From: Chiloscyllium plagiosum
Taxonomy: Eukaryota
DNA length: 64,000 bases
Assembly (NCBI RefSeq): GCF_004010195.1
Contig: NC_057749.1
Location: 16,246,524-16,310,523 of the forward strand
Direction: 5' to 3'
Below, one piece after another: positions 34,024-48,379 of this stretch. The notes under the pieces are model-generated. The model saw only the letters and a program-made list of their open reading frames with translations. It had not been told where the DNA came from and ran no database searches. The translations under genes were made by a program, and so were the position numbers. Positions within the stretch are counted from its first letter, which is position 1, and the number at the start of each line of letters is the position of its first letter.

Positions 34024-35090
34024 AAGGTGACTAAGGAGGGTAGATGTGGTGTATATGGATTTTAGTAAGGCGTTTGATAAGGTTCCCCATGGTAGGCTAC
34101 TGCAAAAAATACGGAGATATGGCATTGAGGGTGAGTTGGAGGTTTGGATTAGGAATTGGCTGGATGGAAGAAGACAGAGGGTAGTAGTTGATGGCAAAGT
34201 TTCTTCATGGAGTGCCGTCACTAGCGGTGTTCCGCAAGGATCTGTTTTGGGACCATTGCTGTTTGACATTTTTATAAATGACCTGGAAGAGGGGCTAGAA
34301 GGTTGGGTGAGTAGGTTTGCGGATGATACGAAAGTCGGTGGAGTTGTTGACAGTGAGGAAGGATGTGTCAGGTTACAGCAGGATATAGATAAGTTGCAGA
34401 GCTGGGCAGAAAGGTGGCAAATGGAGTTCAATGTAGGCAAGTGTGAGGTGATTCACTTTGGTAAGAGTAACAAAAAGATGGGGTACTGGGCTAATGGTCG
34501 GATACTTGGTAGTGTGGATGATCAGAGGGATCTTGGTGTCCATGTACACAGATCTCTGAAAGTTGCCATCCAGGTAAATAATGCGGTGAAGAAGGCATAT
34601 GGCGTAATGGTTTTTCCTTGGTAGAGGAATTGAGTTCCGGAGCCCTGAGGTCATGTTGCAGTTGTATAAGACTCTGGTGCGGCCGTATCTGGAGTATTGT
34701 GTGCAGCTTTGGTCGCCATACTATAGGAAGGATGTGGAGGCACTGGAACGGGTGCAGAGGAGGTTTACCAGGATGTTGCCTGGTATGGTAGGAAGATCGT
34801 ATGAGGAAAGGCTGAGGCACTTGGGACTGTTTTCATTGGAGAAAAGAAGGTTTAGGGGTGATTTGATAGAGGTGTACAAGATGATTAGGGATTTAGATAG
34901 GGTTGACCATGAGAACCTTTTGCCACGTTATGGAGTCATCTATTACGAGGGGGCATATCCTTAAATTAAGGGGTGGTAGGTATAGGACAGATTTTAGGGG
35001 TAGATTCTTTACTCAGCGAGTCGCGAGTTCATGGAATGCCCTGCCAGTAGCAGTGGTGGACTCTCCCTCTTTATGGGCATTTAAACGGGT
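34024..35090 (+). mobile_element. 5'-truncated young CR1 LINE, C-terminal RT region (frameshifted)
   Basis: ORFs 34046-34624 and 34653-34964: YMDFSKAFDKVPH, GVPQGSVLGP, FADDTK, RPYLEYCVQLWSP. Confidence 0.95.
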
Positions 35091-37772
35091 CTGAACTCCG
35101 TTCCTACATCAGACTGCAATGACTCAAGGTGATCACTCGCTCATTCCATTTCAAAAGCATTTAGGGATGGACAATATTTACTGTTACCAGCAATGTACAC
35201 ATCTCAAATGAAAACGTTAAATAGTTTACAATAATCCATACAGTTCTATTCCCTATATACTTGTGCAAACTTCTTGGTCCCTACTGTATACTGTTGTAAC
35301 TTTTAAATACTTGCATACTTTCACCTATTCTCTCTGCTGAAATGGCAAGAAATAATTTGACATTTACATCAGAATGGCACAGATAAAATTAGGACACCAC
35401 ACATTTCAATGATGTTTTTTCATACACTGACGCATTGTGAATTAGTGCTGAAAGTTAGCTCTTCAGAAATTACAGTAATGATGGGAAATGCTGAATGAAA
35501 TTCAAAGAGCAGGGCAGCCGCCTTGAATTGCATTCAAATGCAAGTACATAGATTACATGTTTGGGCTCACATGACAATATTACAAATGATACAGTATTTC
35601 AGCTTTTTGTAATTAATACTACTACAATAAGCATAAGGGCAACAGTTGATTTGCTGTGTTTTCGGCTGATGTGGGGAAAAAGCAAGATATAAATAGTACA
35701 AGACTTTAGATGTGCAAATGATGAGTTTCAGTTTAACTGACTATTCAAGACATTGTACAGTTTAAAGGTATGCTCAAACCAGTAGTCATACAATGCTGAC
35801 ATCATATTTGCTAACATTTAGAGCTTTATTAAGTCACAAAAAAGATTTCCCACCCTGTCCTTACAGGCATAGAGTTCCAAAGTACTTGCTGTAGCTTAGG
35901 TTGTTCTGTATAAACATGGTGGGGTGCAATCCCATCTTAGATGATATGTACACATCTTTGCACCCAGTTTGATTTAATTACATTAACTTTTCTTGGGTAC
36001 CTTTACTCATTGGAAGTTTATAGATTTTACAGAAAAATGTTTATGGTCTTTACAAAACCAAAAAAGGAACTGCTCAAATTTCTACGGTTGGCAGAAAAAT
36101 ATCTGAATGATTTGTAAAGTTCAATGGATCTTGAATTAAAACAGAGACACATGATTCATTGCTGCATGGAGACATTTCCAAAAAAAAAAGCACTAACTTT
36201 GTTTGTCCATCTTACCTACAGATTCTGCCCATGGCAGTCAACTCTGAACCTGAAATTTTCAAATCATTAAACTATTCAAAATTGCCTTGGTTTTCTTCAG
36301 ATGAGCACAGGACTCATTTTCAGTAAATCATGAACAAATACCTCTTTCCACATCCTTTTCTCATGGAGAGTAAATTTTTCAAAGGATCTGTTCATATAAA
36401 GTGGTTTTAAATCATCAATGTTATATATTTGCTGCTATAATGGGGATATATAAATTATAACTCAACAAGAATGGGATACATTTTTGATCACTGGTTTTAC
36501 CAGCATCTGAAGAAAAAGGCTTGGTGAATACCCAACTTGTCTTTTGGCAAAAGCTTTTGATGGAGCTGCTCTGAATTTTCTACTTAGACTGCACTACTGA
36601 AAGACAAAAATAAATTGGTCAACATCCTTTGAAGCTCTTGTGACCTGTCTGCAGTTCCAGATGGAATGCTAAGAAAATATGGAATTCAAGATAAATATTT
36701 TGTTTTAAGCAACCTAATTTGCAATTTATACATTAACTGACAAGTGTGACATATTAAGGTCATTCCAGTTCATTTTTTAAAAATCCAATTATTCTTTTGG
36801 CCTCAAGATACATCAGGATCAGGGTTGTCCTCTATCAATTTGCCGAATACTTTAACAGTAATTGCATACACCAGACCAGCTCCATCGAAACTTGGTAAAT
36901 AAATGATTTTTACATATTTTAAAAATCTTAAAGTGAGAGATTACTCAAAAATATAGAACTCCACCTAGGCTTTCCTTCCCCTTTAAGTTAACTGAAGATG
37001 AAAACCTCTATGATAGAAGACTGTTCACTCCCAAGATTCAATAAATTGTACTTACACTAATGAATTAATTCAACCAAATACAGAAAAGCATATGCAATAT
37101 ACAGCAAAACTGAGAATCTTCTCAAATAGTAGATAAGTTAATGCCATCCCAGAGAATATTACACTATTTGGCAGCAACGGCTCTGCAGCTGTGACACCCC
37201 TAATGTTATCGTTAGTGTTTAAAAACTTTTCTCATCACTCATAACTACTTTACATAAAATTTGTAAATTATTAAAAAGAAAGTTAATATGAATAAATAAG
37301 AGAAAATATAAAAAGGTGCAAAACTTCATGATTAGCTTAATAAAATAATATTTACACAATCTAAATCTGCAGAAATTATTTTAAACTAGGCACAAAAGGA
37401 TCATGAAAGCTGATTATGTGAAAAATGCAAGCACAGGGAACCAGGGATATGTTAAGAATTATTGGCCTATTAGGTATCAATATATAATATTAATCTGCAT
37501 GGGATCTAACATTAATGTCAACGTCATTACTTTCCATTAATCTAATTCACAACTGTTTGGTTGGCATAGTCAATTATACTGTTGGAGTTCATTTTTGCTA
37601 TCAGTGATATAAAAGTTTAAAGACAGAAAACATTTACAGGCTCCATCAAGTTCTTGACAAGGTTTCATTAAGTTTAGTATTACACACAACACGGTGAATT
37701 AGGAAAGTAATACAATTAGTACCAACGTAAAGGGTTTGGGGTTTTCTGATTAACAACGGAATTAAAAAGTAA

Positions 37773-38373
37773 TTTATTGCAGGCTACTTTAAAACTGCAA
37801 ATTAAGTGATTAGATAGATCGATGACCAAAAAAAAGATCACTAACTTTAGAAAGTACTGGCATGCAACTTTAGTACAGTAATTAAAACAGAAATTTGACA
37901 AGATAGTTTAGTGGGTAAAAATACTTTTGCAGTTGAGCTCTGAAATCTCCTAATTGCTTATCCTTCTACCTCCTTCAGTGTTTCAAGAAAGCAACTTCTT
38001 AAAACATTTGGAATATTAATATTTTGAGTTTATCTTCAAATGTAGTGCAATGGTTGAGGGTTATTCAATAGGAAAATTTGAAATTCTTCACATTAGAAGT
38101 ACACCTAAAAATTATGCTCATGGTTATTAATTCCCATTTGACAATGACTTTTATTTAAGCTATGTACAGTTTAGGAAAACATTTGTATTACTTGTGGTCA
38201 TCTGCTACATTTTTCACATAATCTGCATTTTCGGTTTGAGTTTGAAGTAATACATCCTAACATGCCAGTTCGATCACAACACATTATACAGAGTATATGC
38301 AGACTTCATTTTAGGCACATGCAGGTGTAATTTCTGGAGTAGTCCAACTCCCCACTGGTTTCTTGCTGCCAGG
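37773..38373 (-). other. PRC1: PRC1 3' UTR (minimum plausible extent; AATAAA candidates at 38150-38155 and 37773-37778)
   Basis: AT-rich sequence after the stop codon, with minus-strand AATAAA hexamers; the true 3' end cannot be determined. Confidence 0.5.
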
Positions 38374-38451
38374 TCAGGTTTGGATGTTGCTGGTTGTAGA
38401 GTTGAGAATTCGTGACTGATGGTCAAATTTGGAAGCTTTTGAAAGTTCTCG
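38374..38451 (-). CDS. PRC1: PRC1 last coding exon (RELSKASKFDHQSRILNSTTSNIQT*)
   Basis: tttctag acceptor; RELSKASK..ILNST motif; TGA at 38374-38376. Confidence 0.93.
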   Translation of the reverse strand, partial: RELSKASKFDHQSRILNSTTSNIQT

Positions 38452-41400
38452 CTAGAAAAAGGGATGCAGAGGCAGATGTGATTGAGAGATTAAACAAGCA
38501 CAACATGCTCAGAAGGCAGGTCATTCTCTGCTAAATTTCTAAGATAAATCATTTAGCAAGCAAGCATCAAAACCATTCTAGTTATGCCAAACAGGATTCA
38601 GCATTTCAATAGAGTGGAGTTTGGATAGTACTCATGTCATGCATTAGAAAAGTTAAAAAAGATAGCAAATGTGAATACAAGTGGGGAATAGCAATAAGTT
38701 TTGTTCAGAACAGCAAATGGTATAACCCAAAAACATACGAACATGAAACATTAGGCAGTGTAGATCAGTTTCCAAGAATGTCCTTAGAGGCTCTAGCACT
38801 GAGCATGTGTGCAAACATTGTTAATGCCTGTAACTAAATTGTTTAATTATTAAAAGAAAATCCCATAATTTCTATTAATTAATCTGAAGCAATTACTTGG
38901 GAACAATACCCCCAATATTGCAACATATGAGAACGAATCAGGTTTGAGTGAACAGTGGCAAATGTGGGATAGTTTTTAAACCAAACCAAAAATGTGTTAG
39001 AGTCAAAAGCTTTCCTTCTAGTAGGAAGAGACTTGGTGACTATAAAACATTTTACACTGGACAAGGGGGCATGAGTTTCGCAAGAACAAACAGACAACAA
39101 TATGGTAGAAAATACACAGTTATTGACAAGTTAAAACAAAATGCGAGCTCAATGTTTGAAACTTGACACCTGCTTAATTAAAATTCAGTTGTGGTAACTA
39201 AAATGAAATGAACTTCTATTATAATTCTAGTTCATTTCTTATCCTCTCCCCATCCATTCCCTTGTACTATTCTTTCCTGAACTGAAAGAGACATGCATGT
39301 CTAAGACTCAGTAGGCTGGTCTGGAGGGGCAAACCAGGCAGATTAACTAGAATTACATTAGAGGTTAAATTATACAGACAGGTTTCCAAAACTTAGGATT
39401 GCGTTTTTGGGTCCAGGGATGATAAAATGGGAGATATTGGAAAAGAAGAGGTTTGAAGGAAAAGACACAAAGAGAGACATTTCCTCTGGTCAGGCAATTT
39501 ATTAACAAGGGAGCATAAATCTTAAAAATTACAGGAGGAATATCTTTCCCTCCTCAGGATTGAAATCAATGAGCAGTTTTTCTCCCACATTAAGAAGTAT
39601 TGGAAACCTCTGGAAGTAAGGTAAATGGAGTTGAGATAAAGACCAGCTATGGTCTATTTTAGTCACGAAATAGGCTTGAAAAGGATGCCTGATCATGTCC
39701 CTACATTCATCTGTTGGAATTCAGGCTGATTTTTCACTTTCTAACGCAGAAGATTGTCATCAATAAAAGTACCCTTACCACAAAGCTGACTAAGATCAGT
39801 TCACTGCTTTCTTTCTGGAATGTATGCATTAGTCACTCACTGACTCAAGCAAGTGAAGCATTAAAAAGTATGTGTCAACCCTAGATCACGTTTTATCTAT
39901 ATTTTAAGCAATAACATTTTAGTTGCCCAATCATATAGTGTAGTTAAAATCATTTGCCACACTGGATTCACTTTGCATTAGTCCAATAGCAATAATTCAG
40001 TTGTGAAGCAACGTTGGAAAACAATAAAGGAACTGTTGTCTCTGCAGGTGCATAACTTATCCAAACAAGTAAAGGATTCAAAATGACTATGAAAGCAGTA
40101 CCATCTACCAATCGTTGGGAGCAATGTTTCCAGATAATTAACTACTATGGTTGTACTAATACAAAAAACAAACTTTGGTAAGTGCTAAATTTGAATTGAT
40201 TTAATTGAAATAAGAAACCTAAGTAAAAGCTTTGCTGACTTAACATGCTCAGTGCACAGAATGAGAAGAGAGACATATTGTGAAGGCAAAACAAAGCTAT
40301 TTGTTAGCGTGGTTAGATTGGTTAGTATGCAGCTATTAATTCCTCTAGCACTACACAACCAATCCATCGAGGTGAAGAGCAAAGAAACAAAGCAGAAGGA
40401 AGAACAAAGCTTATCACTTTGCATTCAGTCAGAACACATCAAGAATCATCTGGGTTCACACGGAGTTCAGCAGGTATGTTAAACAAAAGATTGCCATGAA
40501 GAGGAAGAACATACACATGTATAGATATGAAATGTGCACTGATCTTATCCCAAAAGAGGCATAAGTGCACATTTGAGGAGAATTTGTAAAAAGATACATG
40601 CCTGATACATGCATTGCACAAAATTGTAGACTGGTTGTGTAAATTTTCACTTCCCTCAGTGCATGCTAATTAGCACTTAAAACCAGATTATCTTATTTCT
40701 CAATTATAGGAATTACATGAAAAGGGATGAAAAATGAAGACAGGCCAAGTTATTATTGCATATTTACTCCTACTGTTTCAGCATATATTAGTTTAAAAAA
40801 GAATAGCCACAGCACAAGAATGCTAAATTGGCAGCAAAGTTATATATGCAAATACAAACAATACAAATAAAAACAGTTTTCATGCAAGTAGGTTTTAAAC
40901 AAAATCAGCAAATAAAACAAAATGGCAGCACACAGTCAGGAACTATGAACTTTAACCGAATGCTCAACTGTCCTAGTTGGAACATAGTAAATTATTTAGG
41001 AAATAAATCTTAAAATTGAAAGGTTTACCTGCACATTTCTAAATAAACAGTTTTAGAAAGCAGCATCCAGAACAGCTGTTAGAGTAACTGTACACAGAAA
41101 AACTTTGTGAGTTAGTTTCGGGGTATTAATGCTTCTAGTTGTGTTTCAAGTTGAGGAGCCAGATCTTCAACTTAAGAATTACATGAACTCAGATCCATAA
41201 AACTTTTCTAATTACATTGAACACATTGAATCTAGAGAGCTACGAAAACTGTTCAACTGATGGCTTTAATACTCTTGCTCTCACTACATGGAGTTTGGAA
41301 TCCTCAATAGTGGATTACCGTACCGACCTGAAAAGGTGCTGCTGTACATTTGTGCAGGCTCCTACTGTGGAGCTGAATCCATCTACAAACACAGAATAAA

Positions 41401-42060
41401 ATATGTTATCAAGATTCCTAGAGTAACTAACATTGGAAATAATGGGATAGTTTACTGCTTTGAGGAATGCATAAACTTCTTCCCAAGTCTCTCAACTCAA
41501 TTAAAAGTTAAATGTTACACATGTTTTACACTATCATTTACCAACAACTGGACATCTTAAAACAAATCTAGCAAAAAAAAAAAATTAACAATGGGTTCCC
41601 CAAGAATGAAGAATAAATCAATTTAACATACTAACACGGTTCAGCAGGGATTTATGCCAACTGGCTGCAGTAAATGTGCACACAAGTACACTAGCACATA
41701 CTCCATAATAATCCTGACACATATTGCACTTTAGTCAGAGCTGAAGTTCAGGGGGGAATCGATGATTTGCTCCAAAGCTGTAGCTAAATGGACAATGCAT
41801 TTCCATTCTCTCAGAACACAATATAAATCCAACATGCAAGATTATTCCTTACTCCCAAGGTAATCAGCTGATAGCTATGGAAACTAATGTTATTAGCGAT
41901 TCAAAATAAGCATACAAAAGAATTGTACAGGGAAGGGGAGGTGTCCTTTATACACGGATCAAAAGAATGTGCGTTATTGAAAGCTTTATTCTACTTTGAC
42001 CTCCATTGCTAACTGTGTGCTGCCACAGCGATTGGTAGATGACTGCAAAAATGAAATTAC

Positions 42061-42246
42061 CGCAAACTCAGAATATGTGGTGGCAACTGAATTTATGCTG
42101 AGATTATGCTGTGGGGTGGAGACGGTGGACGCACCACTCATTGCTGTTGCATTGAGATGAGAAATGTTCTCTTTATTCCTTTCAACGAGGCCAAGACGAG
42201 GGGGCTTTGTAGCTGAATATCCTGGTGTGCGCACAGGTTGTCCTGG
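42061..42246 (-). CDS. PRC1: PRC1 exon 13 (PGQPVRTP...NKENISHLN...SINSVATTYSEFA; KEN box)
   Basis: 186 nt; NKEN and SINSVA.TYSEFA motifs; GCG|gtaat donor. Confidence 0.92.
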
Positions 42247-43246
42247 CTTTAAAATTAAAAAAAAAGAAAAAGATTTAGAGTGGAAGTACTAAAATCAATA
42301 GCATTAGTAGCACAGTTACTCAGATGGTCACTAAAGTCATTTTTTTGTACTTGAATATTTTTTCCACCATGTTCATCTAAGCTGTCTGGTAAATTATGAT
42401 TATCTTCCAAACTTCAGGAGAAACTGTTTTAAACTGATGTAACAATAGGGCGAAATGTTGAGAGCAATCAGAATCGTGAATATTTTTTTCACAATAGATC
42501 ATATCAAATAAAAATGAATCAAAAGCATTTAACCAAGGCCACAAAACATAATCCATGAAAACTTGACAACTTTATTGAAAACAGACAAGATTTACTTTAC
42601 TGAAGCATTTTCAGTCATTAAATTTAGTAACGAAGAAGAAAACAATGCCAAAAGGCAGTTGCACAATCCTTATGCAATTGTTCTGTTTTGTACACTATAA
42701 TAGCTAGTTTACAAGTCAATTTTATACTATGGTCAGATTGTGTAATAAGGATTTTACATAACACAAGATTAAAAATATCTAGGTTACGATTGCCTCAAAT
42801 AGGATTCTTCCAATGTCTCAGCTAACATCAGAGAGAATCTTACGGCTTCAGTGTTATAATCTAAAAAGTTAGTTCAACCAGACCTGACTGCGACTCCCAA
42901 ACAATGAACCAGCACTGAGTAGCCTCATATATTGAAAAATACTTAGGTTATATGCTTAAAAATCTGATTTCTATGCAATAAAATCCTAGCAATAATCAGG
43001 ACCCTCACGGCAGGATGAGAAAAAAATTTAAATGAATACGGTCAGGAACTTTGAGCAAAGAATATATTAAAAATTAATCATTAAAAAAAAAAGTGGCAAA
43101 AAGCTTTTGGAACTGATGTCATTTTTTTGTTTTAAAAGCAATTAAATACATCCTAACAATTGACTCCTTTAATTATAAGCTTAGTCATAAACAGTTACCA
43201 ATTGCACATTTGCCTAGAAAAAAAACAATGCAGACAGATGACTGAC

Positions 43247-43357
43247 CTTGTGTCCTGATAGTGGGGGTCGGGAGATGGGTGAGTAACAAACACTACTGCC
43301 AATGGCACAGCGAAGGGTGCTGTTTGGGGTGGCATTGGCGATTGACGTACCATTTAG
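43247..43357 (-). CDS. PRC1: PRC1 exon 12 (LNGTSIANATPNSTLRCAIGSSVCYSPISRPPLSGHK)
   Basis: 111 nt, cttag acceptor, AAG|gtcag donor. Confidence 0.9.
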
Positions 43358-44103
43358 CTAAGACAAAGCCAGAAAAAGGAAGAAGTGTTAATGTATGGTC
43401 TGTGGGGCAAAAAAAAAGCAATAGCACAGAACTAGGTTTTAGTAACAACATGGAATTTATAGTTATAAACACACACAAAGCTTAGATTTGTGCCCCAGCA
43501 GAAGCAATGCAGAATAACAGCACCAGCGCTCTTGGATAATCCAAGCTATGCAATTTCTCGAACATGCAACACCTGATTTTTTAGTTACATTTATGTGAAA
43601 CATAAATAAGTTTAACCTTTACCATTTTTGCTCATGGATATTGTGGAGTAATTCAAATAATATAATGTAGTTCAGTCCCTAGATCTCATGGGTTTGGGTC
43701 CGATCAGAATACGCATGTCTCAATTTTACTGACCCAATAACAAGTTCAGTGTTTGAGACAGGTATTCGCAAATACAGAATTTTTGCCAGCATCATTAAGG
43801 GAGATATTTTGTTCCTGATAGCTTTGCTGTAGCAAAGCTAAGAGCAGGCTTGTAGTTATGAGAGAGGGGGAAGAGAATGTGGAATGAAAAACTGCTGGTG
43901 AAACTCAGCTGGTCTGGCAGCATCTGTGGGGAGAGAGCACAGTTAACCTTTCAGGTCCAGTGACACTTCAGATGCTGCCAGACCTGCAACTTCTTTTTGC
44001 TTCAGAACGCCAGCATTCATAGGTGTTTGGTTTAGGAGTATATGAAAATGCATGGATGGGGTGGGAAAGGGTTCAACCTCCAACAGTAGCCAAATACTCT
44101 TAC

Positions 44104-44214
44104 CTTTCGCAATTTCCCTGGGGTATTCAGTGCATTAAGCCTTCTTTTGTTTGGGGTTTTGGGGGCACTGCCATACAGCATCTCCTCCTCAATTAACTTG
44201 TTCTTTTTCAGTTG
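44104..44214 (-). CDS. PRC1: PRC1 exon 11 (QLKKNKLIEEEMLYGSAPKTPNKRRLNALNTPGKLRK; two CDK-type TPxK sites)
   Basis: 111 nt; EMLYGS.P.TP.KRR motif. Confidence 0.95.
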
Positions 44215-44699
44215 CTGCAATACAGATAATATCCATTTAACACCCAGTATGACAACTACAGTTGATGGGAACTTTTACACAACCTGATCATCTTTGAATT
44301 TTAGATTAGATATAACAAAGGATGACAAATGGGAAAATGTTTCCACAGGACAGATTCTTTTCATCTTGGAAAGTGAAAAGATATTGAAAAGATACGAGGC
44401 CCTGTGAAAAGGGACCTTTTGAACCCCTCCGGCAGCTCAAGTCAATCCAATGAACCCATGCAAGACAAAATTGTTAGCCATTACATGTGTTATCATTAGA
44501 CCTATATATATTAGTACATCCCATATTGCAGATTAACCATCTCATTTCTTTTTTGCAGAAGGAAAGGAATGTTGTTCCTCTGCAGCCCTTCTTAAAAAGG
44601 TGAATTAAGTCAGAACATTAACAGAGATCTAAGAATAACTCAGGTAACAAGCTATATTGCAGTACAACCACGGAAAGTTAACTTGAAGCTGGACCTCAC

Positions 44700-44846
44700 C
44701 CGCTCTTGTTTCTCTCGCTCTTTCTCCAATTTATGCAGTTCCCATTGTTCTGTCACATAACCCATGAAATTTTGTCCATTAACTTGAAACTGCGAATGAT
44801 GTTCCTGTTCCCAAGCAGCAATCTGAATTTTCAACTCTTCCTCCAG
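44700..44846 (-). CDS. PRC1: PRC1 exon 10 (LEEELKIQIAAWEQEH...EKEREKQER)
   Basis: 147 nt, phase 0-0. Confidence 0.95.
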
Positions 44847-46032
44847 CTAAAATAGACAGCAATTTCATTTCCGAAACAACGTAAAATTGCTTTTCACAGA
44901 TTTATATTTGAAGTATTGGACACAACATCTCTTGTGAAGAATGGGAGGATTGCAGATGCTGGACAGAGTCAGAAAGTGTGGTCCTGGAAAAGCACAGCTG
45001 GTCAGGAAGCATCCAAAGGAACAGGAGTCAACATTTCGAGAATAAGCTCGAAACGTTAAACTCTCCTGCTCCTCAGATGCTGCCTGACCAACTGCACTTT
45101 TCTAGCACCACACAACATCCCCTCTGCCACCCTCCACTTTCTGATACTGTTATTGGACTTGGGATTCAACTTCACCATGGAGGAAAAGTATTTTATATCC
45201 AAGACTGGCAAAGTGAAATATTTCAGTTGGAAGACAAAAGGAATTACTTCAGTTTACAGAGGCTTAGACTCCATGTGGAGCATTGCATTCTGTACTAGTC
45301 ACCACATAAGCATAAATTGGCCTCTGAGGCACTACATCATAGATTTAGCAAATTACTGAAGCTAAAAGGATTTATGGAGAACAGGTTGCAAGAACCTCTG
45401 CTGCTGTCACCTGAGTTTACATGGTTGGAGATGATCTGACTGTGCGTAAAATGATAAAAAGGGCACAATATAAAAGCAGGTACTCCAAAGCAAGGTGGAA
45501 CAACTACAGAAACTAAAGCTGGCCAAGAAGGAAATCAGCAAGAACAAAATAAAAATGGGGCAGTTGAAAGGTGAAATGCTTCAAAAAGAAAAATGAAAAC
45601 AAAAAAAAGGGCATGGAACCAAATGAAAAGAATTTTACCATTTATGTTGAACTTATTTGAAAGGGATAGACAAAGGCATGTGCAAGAAAAAAAAAATCAT
45701 GTTCTAATTAAAATCATAGAAGTAACTCCTACATTTACTATCTCAGATTTTTGAAATTAGATGTAAGCAGGCAAGAAAATAAAGAGTTCATTTATCATAA
45801 AAAAACACTCCATATTATTGTCATATTAAATCATAAAGAACTTAAATTTAGCAGTTAACCTATACAGGGTTTTGAATGGGTGTGTAACAGACCATGATGT
45901 GATACAATCCTATTGCTATAACATTAAAAATTAGGTACAAAAATGTGTCATTAGTATCATTAATGGAATATTTGAGAGTCATAACTTTTATACATGTCAC
46001 ATTCAACACAGACACACATCATAGTTACATAC

Positions 46033-46128
46033 TTTCGGTAGCATTTTGCAAAGCTTTGTTCTCTGCTTTTCTTCTTTTAACAGATTCCCCCCTCGGTTGG
46101 TGAACCGGTTTGGGTCTGCTGCTTTCTT
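46033..46128 (-). CDS. PRC1: PRC1 exon 9 ([32 protein letters not shown])
   Basis: MAP65/Ase1/PRC1 signature [17 protein letters not shown]; 96 nt. Confidence 0.97.
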
Positions 46129-46365
46129 CTGTAAAAAAATTTTTTAAAAAATTATTTTCATATAATTTGCTATCCATCTCAACACAGTTAAAACAGTGTG
46201 CCCCACTCAAAGTGGTAGCCATGCGTTTGAACTGACTTAACCCCTAATTTTGTTCCTTGGTCAAGAATTCAACAGTGGTATAGTTTGAGTAACAGCAGCA
46301 CCACAGTGTAATGTTCGTAAATCACAGAATCCAAGTAGTACTGTGTAAGGGTTTTGGTTTCTCAC

Positions 46366-46502
46366 CTCAAAACTCAGATAAAGCTTCCAGTTTTCTTCCC
46401 ACTTCCAGATACCCTCAAAGAGTTGTTGGTGTGTTTGGTAGTACTCCTTTAGTCGATTAAGCTCCAGGTTATGTAGCTGCAATAACTCCTCAGTATAGTC
46501 CT
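46366..46502 (-). CDS. PRC1: PRC1 exon 8 (EDYTEELLQLHNLELNRLKEYY...WKLYLSFE)
   Basis: 137 nt, phase 1-0. Confidence 0.93.
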
Positions 46503-47484
46503 CTTTTCAGAAAAGGGAGGGTTTTTTGTAATCAAGATATAAATTAAATCCAAAGTTTACAACACAAACAAAATTAAATTTCCACTTGAGTGTTGGATTT
46601 CAGTTTCAACTTGGTTACCCATTGTCTAATGTTTACAAATTTGATAATTCCTTTCAAATAGTGTCCCTTCTTTCAATCCCCATCCAGTTAAGGCTAGGGA
46701 CACTGCAGCTTCAGTTCAACTCTGCCCTGCTGAACTCCAACTGAAATGGAATGAGTGTCAAATGCCTCATTAGTTTACATTACCATTATCAGTGGACAAC
46801 CCCACACCAAGTTACTCTCTCAAACTTACAAAATACATAGGGGCATTTAAAGGAGTTTTTAGATAAGCACGTGAAAATGCAAGGAATGGAGGAATATGGA
46901 CCAAGGGCAGGCTGAAGGGATCAGTATAATTTGGTGTCATGTTCAGTACAACATTGTGGGCCAAAGGGTCCATTCCTGTACTGTTCTATGCTCTATGTAT
47001 TTCAGTGTCTGTTCCAGTTGGAAGCGATGCTAAAATTTACAGAACATAACAGGAAAGCGCCTTAACTACTAACGTGGCAAAGTTCATGAAAGCCAACCAC
47101 TTAGCACTTATTAAATCATAATAATCTGGTTGGAACAGTGCTGAAATATACATCACATGCAGAATTGGAATTAAATGGTTGGCTCCAGGCAAATTCTTCA
47201 AGTACATGAAAGATCTACCCTTCAATCAAATGGCTGCAATCACCTCTTGGATTACCACTCAGAAAAAGCTTATGAATTGAACAAATAAACCAGAAATAGC
47301 AGTTAGCACAGAAAAAACATTTACCAAGTATTGCAATACCCATCAATGGAAGTAGCACAATCTCAGCTCATAGAAACACAAACAGAAAAGATCTCAGGCA
47401 CTATAACATTTAAGAGACATCACATCTATGCCCTGCCATGGTATTAAATCTATTTACTTGAAATAAGTGTAAATCTAAACAAAC

Positions 47485-47632
47485 CATCATAGTATGGAGC
47501 AAATTCTTGCCGTTGTGCAGAACTAAAGAAACATTTCTCCCAATGTGTTGCCAGCTCTCGTCTGACTGATTCAATCACATTTTTCATGTTGTGTTGTTTC
47601 AGGACCTCGAGGCGCTCCAACTCTGTCTGCAA
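47485..47632 (-). CDS. PRC1: PRC1 exon 7 (LQTELERLEVLKQHNMKNVIE...WEKCFFS...)
   Basis: 148 nt, phase 0-1. Confidence 0.93.
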
Positions 47633-48379
47633 CTGCACCACAAAATACATTATATAACATCAGATTTAATTCAATACTGTGGTTTGCTCTTCAATAAAAT
47701 ATGGAATGGAATTTAAAGATTTGAGTTTCCATTATTGCATTTTACTTCGATCAATTTTCTTGACAAATTCTGCATAATTCAGTGTGGTAATACAGACTGA
47801 GACAGGAGGCAAGTGTCTCAATCCTGGTCACATTCCAGTGAACCCTGCTGGATAATATGACAATAAATTTGGTAAAAGTTCATTAAATGGGAACATTTGG
47901 AAAAAAAACATTTAAAAGCTGCAAGGAATTGAGATTTCAGTCTGCAAGTGTCAACAAGTGCTTATATATCTGCAATTTATTTACTAATTTCTTTCAAAGT
48001 ACTTAACAGTTTTGGAAATAGCTGATTCCCCAAACAAAGTTATTGCATACAGATAGTTCTTCTATAGCAGTATGGTTATGCTCTTGTACAACCTTGCATT
48101 ATAGAAAAATCATGCTTTAGAAGCAGTGCTTAAAAATGTTGGTAATGTTCTAAAAGTTCACACTTTAGAAAGTGTCCCCAATTCAATTGCATTATAGCAA
48201 ATTCATGTTGACAAAACACGTTATCACAGAACAACCTGTATTAAGGATCCAAATACCAAAAGATTAGATTTTGTAGTACGGGGGCAGGGCTTCTGTTAGC
48301 ATTAACAGAAATATATTTTTCAGTACTGCCTTCAAAAAAAAAAGGAAGACACAAATAACAACCCAAAAATGAGAGTTCA

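Noticed and set aside
34003-34820. Minus-strand ORFs of 145, 93 and 109 aa
   Set aside because: Antisense shadow of the CR1 reverse transcriptase fragment.
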